A stretch of 49,836 nt of DNA, from assembly GCA_027604505.1 (NCBI GenBank), contig JADIIX010000150.1, positions 1-49,836 on the forward strand, given 5' to 3'. Source of the stretch: Gonapodya sp. JEL0774 (lineage: Eukaryota). Below the pieces are notes generated by a model. That model ran no database searches, had not been told where the DNA came from, and was given only the letters and a program-made list of their open reading frames with translations. Shown one piece after another: positions 44,757 to 49,836 of this stretch; within the stretch, counting starts at the first letter, position 1; every line of letters begins with the position of its first letter. Both the position numbers and the translations under genes were made by a program.

Positions 44757-47733
44757 GCCACCTCCGCAACACTTACAACTTCGTCTCTTCCAGCCACCTC
44801 TGCCCACCTCCGCCCTTCCACCAGCACCCGTCTTCCAACGCCTTCTCGAACCAATGTCCCAGTCGCAACCACCACGCAGCATCCTCACAAGTCTCCCTTA
44901 CCCCCTTCACCTCCCACTGCACTCGACTCGGACCTTGATCCAGATCTTTCTCTTGCTATTAAACAATCCATCCTATCGTTCAACCAGGAGCTCGAGCGGG
45001 ACATGAACCGGCGGGTGCTCTCTCCATCCCCACCGCCACCGGCACACCTTTACCGCCCCTCCTCTGCTCCCTCAAACTCGCACGTGCGCTCCATCTCCAC
45101 GTCATTCAATGATGATGACGACGACGACGATTTTCTCCCTGCACCCGTATCCAACAATAGAAGAAACAAGAGGTCCCGACAGAGCTCGGGGTCGGAATCT
45201 GGTGTGTGGTTAGGATCGGGTCCAGCTTCACGCCCAAGATCAGGCACTGCCTCGAAATCGGAGCCCCGCTGGACAGCTTCCGAATCTTCCCGGGATTTGC
45301 GCTCTGGCTGGTCCCATGGAGAAATGGATATGGAAACCCAGACCCCCGTTTCTCACTCCACTCGGACACTGCATCCTCGCTCGGTTCCCAAAGCTTTGCT
45401 TCCTTCGAAACTCAGGACGAACCATCCGGATCCCCTCACGGTGATTGATGTCGACGCTGTACTTTCCACACAGAACCCCACCCCAACTCCAGTACCCACG
45501 GTAACGAAACCAACCCCATCGTCACTTCCCTCGAAAAAGCTTGCCGTTACTGCCATCGCTCGTCCTCTTACCGCTCTCGCCTCCCGCCCCCGCATATCCA
45601 CCACTCCATCCCGGCCCCCACCTGCCACTCCCCCCCACGGAAACTTGAATCACCAAACGTCGCACCTTGCATCCGCATTGTCACGTCTCAACGCTAACGC
45701 CAATGACCAAAACATCCCCTATCCGATATCTCGCTCTCCGCCACAAACCGACCTCCCTTCGGCCTCGTACCTCATTTCGATACTGCCCACACCCCCTCGA
45801 AAAAGACGACGAACTGTTTCGGGGCCAGAATCAGGATCTGGTGCTCGGTATCGCACTCGCGAGAACGCAAGACCCGAGGCAGCGTCATCCGGGACAGATG
45901 ATTCACCTCCAACGCCTCGTATGCCTTCATTAGCGTGCGGTAGAACCTTCGACTCTTCGTCGCAAAATGGGAGGAGAGAGGACAAAGGGGTGGTGATGAC
46001 TCGACGTGATATTGACATGCAAGCCTTGCGGGGCAAACCGAGAACTGAGCAAACGCCTCCAACGCTCCACACAACAACCCATCCACCGACCCGTCCAGCT
46101 GCATCTCCCCCTTTACGTGCGTGCAAACCGAAACATACCCCCAAAGTTTCCCCAACCCCGTCGAATCCACTGCTGCCCCCATCCTCTCCTCCATCGCCCA
46201 CGTCTCCTGCATCCGAGGTATCAGACGAGTCTACTTCTAGTGAATCGTTTTTTGACCGCAGCATAGCCAAAAAGAGCACGTCGAGTACACGGAGTTCGAG
46301 TCTCGTTAGGACCCCGGGGGTTGGAAGAAGCAAAGGCTCAAAAGATCGAGAGGTGGAAAAGAGAGGACAACGGGCTGGTGTGAGAGCGGAAATTACTGTG
46401 GGAGACGAGCTCTTGATTGGACTTGACGGGTTTCAAGGTGATAGTTTGAGGCTTGCGGACGATGTGGGTACGGTCGTTAATAACGACGATGTCGATTGGC
46501 GTTGGGGGTGGGACAATGATCTTGGAGTAGACATTGTGGACGCGGCCGTGGCGAAAGGCGGGAATGACCATGCCCGTGGAAATGTAGCGTCGCCCGCCGG
46601 TACAAAAATGAGCAATGTCAGAACGGACCCCTCTGTGCGTCCGCGTCTGCATCTGCCTCCTTCACCGATGCGGGCCCCGAACGCTCTCTCGACAAGCAAT
46701 GGCATTCAACGCGGCTCCACTCCGGCTCAACCTCTTCGTGACTTGGATCTCGAACGAGCACTCTTCCCGGATAACGACCCCGTCGGTGAGGAGGTAGTGG
46801 ACGACATTGTATCAGCATCACCCATGGCGCCGCGCGTTTCTGTACACCACGCACTGCCGACGAGTGATGTTGCACTGTCGCAGAGGGATGAGACTGTCAA
46901 AGTGGACGCCTTTGCGTTCCGCCAGCAGAGCCGCCATGATGATGACGAGTTCGGGTATTCTGATCAGGATGAATCATGGTTTGACCAGACATTTGATGAG
47001 AGTGAAGCGGATGGGACAATGGAGTGGGGAGGAAGAGTTAGGAACCTGGACGCGGATCGAGATATGGATGGGACGCACGAAGAAGACCCAAGGGAGCCGT
47101 TAAGCCCATTAAAGGGGTTCGTGGATTTGAAGAAGATTCAGAAGGAGGGCGGTGCGGTGTATGAGAGGTTCAGAAATTATTTCGAAGAGTAAGTGGTTGA
47201 TGCGCAGTGCCTATCGGCTTACAAGCATCTCATTATCCTCGAACCTATTTAGCCCACTCCCACCCCATTCTAACCCTCGCTCACGAACAACAACAAGCAC
47301 CACTAAACGAACTACCACATCCCGCTACGCGCGTGTCAAGTCATCTCGAGGACGGTGGGGAAGCAAGCGAGGGCCATACCCGAGTAAGCGGGCTTCTGGT
47401 GCGGGGACAGGGGCAAAGAGAGGGGCAAGCAATGCATCTGGACTCGGATCGGGTTTTCGCGCCGCGTCATCGGTGAGAGCTATGCCGGATCCGTTTGCGG
47501 AGATTGACACATTTGGTGTCACAAAGAGTAAAATTGGTAGTGGATCGACAGGGCAGAATGGGAAGAAGAGTGTGGCGGTCAGCGGAAACAAGAAGAAGAG
47601 TACCTCGCTCCAAACCCGGATTGTTGGACGGACGGGCGGTGGAAGTATGTACGACGCAGATCCGGGATTCGATCCAGACTGGGTGGGAGCAGGATTCGGG
47701 GAGGTTGGTTGGGGCGGTGAAATCGGTCTCTGA
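44757..47733 (+). CDS. Large intrinsically disordered Pro/Ser-rich protein with a UIM-like motif; 5' exon(s) unresolved
   Basis: 816-aa open frame containing DLDPDLSLAIKQSI (UIM-like). Branch gctgac and acceptor caatag at 44756. Intron 47190-47252 joins in frame to the last exon ending GWGGEIGL*. Confidence 0.75.
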
Positions 47734-48046
47734 CATGTGATACATACATCGTGCAGAGTTCGACGGACAGAGGAGGAATGATTTCAATTATTATTCATCA
47801 CTCGAGCACAGATTATAATGTTCATCTATGCAAATGGTTCCAGAGAAAAGTTCTGCACAGGGGGCGTAACCCTCGCTCGCTTGAAGAAGCTCTCTGTGTC
47901 CTCTGTAGCGTCTCTTATGTTCCACATCAACAACGTACACAAACAATTGACTGCTCCTTTGTTGTTTAGGAGAGGTCAATTACGATTGTCAGGCACGAGC
48001 AGCCACTGCAGACGGAAAGAAACATTCCAAAACCCGGGCAGAGAAG

Positions 48047-48066
48047 AAAAAAAAAAAAAAAAAAAA
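48047..48066. repeat. Poly-A homopolymer (20 nt)
   Basis: Direct read. Confidence 0.9.
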
Positions 48067-48466
48067 TGTCACCGACGTGTCTCTACTGAATGTAAGGGAC
48101 CACTTCCTTTTGCCACGTATTATCGCACTGAATGGCGGTGACGGTGAAGGCGAGTGAACTGGCGGGAGAAAAACACCGGCTCAATCAGCAAGTGGGATGG
48201 AAACCGAACGGATCAGCGAGGTGTCCCAAATGTCAGTTCTACGGCACGTAATGATACACCTCAACTTCGTCTGAGAAATGAAAGGTGACTACTCGAAGAC
48301 CAAATACATAGAGCTACGTGACTCAGAAAAGTTGTGCTGATCACGAATCACTTTACATCCGATCACGTTTACACGATAAAGTTTCAACAATCTAGACATT
48401 TCTAGTGTGATTTACAAATTAATTAGATCTCAAAGTCGTCCCCACACCTCATCCGTCCACCACTAC

Positions 48467-49836
48467 TCAACGCCCCCGACTGTATCTCCCTTGCACTCCG
48501 GTGTGCACCTTGGAAAGCTGGCGAGCACACACTGGATACTCCCGGAGAGCCTGGTGAAGCATCTCGTTCCACTGCACATCAAGGTACGTCACGCCCTGTC
48601 TGTTCAACATGCCTCCATGCCATCGCCATTGTGTCATCATCAAAACAGCGCGCTCCGTGAATCCTCTGGTCGTGAGAAGGCGCAGCACGTGCATTGGCAG
48701 AGGGGCGCGCCGGACTGTCGAAAGAAATATGTCCATCGCCCGTTCTCGGAGTGCGAGGAGACATGCTCCAAGGGAAGGTGCACTTTCGCTCAAACATGAC
48801 AAGTACGGCGTGGAAAGGCTCCCCACGAAGTGCCTGAGGCTTGTAGGATCTGCCTTAAGCATTTCAATGATGGTGGCGGCTTCCGCCCGCAGCTTGACAT
48901 CGGGATTGGATATCCAACCCAGCAAACTCGCAATATCGACTTCACTGTACGCAAATGCCCTTAGAGCGACATTGGATTTAGATTTGGACTTGCGCGGATG
49001 TAATTTTGAATGAAGAAGTGTGCTCGTCACGAAGCAAGCGAGCTCAAAGACAAGGTCGTAATTGGAAGCACGGCGGTGTGGTTCATTATGAAAGGGATGT
49101 ATCGCGCTAAGAACGGATGAAGTCAGGTAATTCCCACGGATCGACAGATGGGATTTAACTATCCGCCAATTGAGAACAGGCTTTCAAAATGGTATCTAAA
49201 GTGTCGCCGAGAGAAATCAAGAGTACTCACGCCACCTTTCTCTGATGAACTCATCAACACCCACCCTTCTACCCGATTCCTGCATGACTGCCCTCACGAA
49301 TGGTTCTACCATTGCTGACACAACCCGAAAACTTTGCTCGTTGAGCTCTTTGGTGCACACAGACGTCCAAACGTTGCACAATCGATTCATGAAATGATAA
49401 GAAGGTGTTGGTGTGTCATGATAGTTGAACCGTAAGTCGTTGACTGATTCCACTCCTCTACAGCGTTCCAATGTGTACCATGTGACACTTTTAAGTGCGA
49501 GATCTGATTCCATAGCTTCTTCAAACTGAGACCACGATTTCCAGCGTGGAGCACAGATTTCTCCTTCTCGAATATACTTCACTCGAGACATTAATCCAAG
49601 TATCTTGTCTAAAGGAACGGTGCGAGGCTTTACCACATCTATCCACTCGAACTGACTACGCATAATCCACACCACGCCATTTGGGGATAATCTTGTGTCC
49701 CACTTGTGACCGATGCTCTGTTGAAGTAAGCTCTGGATCTTGTCCACTACTTGATCCTCAATCTCCCGATCAATCCTTTCCCACAATGTCCGTGGCACTT
49801 GGAACAATGTTGGCTTTGCTGAAGCGTCCTCTTTTT
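48467..49836 (-). CDS. Uncharacterised helical protein, 5'-partial; 3' end uncertain
   Basis: Two long protein-like frames (49217-49836 and ~48467-49158) can be joined by a ~70-nt gtgagt...atag intron. No family recognised. Confidence 0.65.

Noticed and set aside
1..49836. CRISPR arrays, tRNA, rRNA, prokaryotic operons
   Set aside because: No regularly spaced repeats, cloverleafs or rRNA signatures were seen. The genes are spliceosomal-intron-containing eukaryotic genes, and most short ORFs in the track are antisense or out-of-frame shadows.

Overview
Eukaryotic, intron-rich fungal genomic DNA with short GT-AG introns (about 50-140 nt) and CTRAY branch points. The gene content (Yvc1-type TRP channel, FTR1, GT69, DAL5/TNA1-type MFS) is fungal. 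The very high intron density and the ankyrin family suggest an early-diverging fungus such as a Monoblepharidomycete (Gonapodya-like), but this is inference only. About 16 spliced genes can be reconstructed: FTR1 3' end, a PGG-like membrane protein, a UNC-93-like MFS, an SDR, a TRPY1/Yvc1 channel, an ACS-family MFS with micro-exons, a CAP59/CMT1 mannosyltransferase, a NUDIX-eIF2B-like fusion, a bZIP factor, an ankyrin protein, a PMS1-like MutL, an X-family DNA polymerase, an AAA+ ATPase, a UIM-containing disordered protein, and unknown ORFs. Non-coding structure includes a three-copy ~400-bp interspersed repeat (two copies inverted around a degraded ~3-kb region), a degenerate direct repeat flanking the PGG-like gene, a diverged inverted duplication, a candidate non-autonomous Helitron with strong hairpins, and a candidate zero-length-exon (recursive) twin intron. 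No tRNA, rRNA or CRISPR was found. Exon boundaries were inferred by eye and are approximate.
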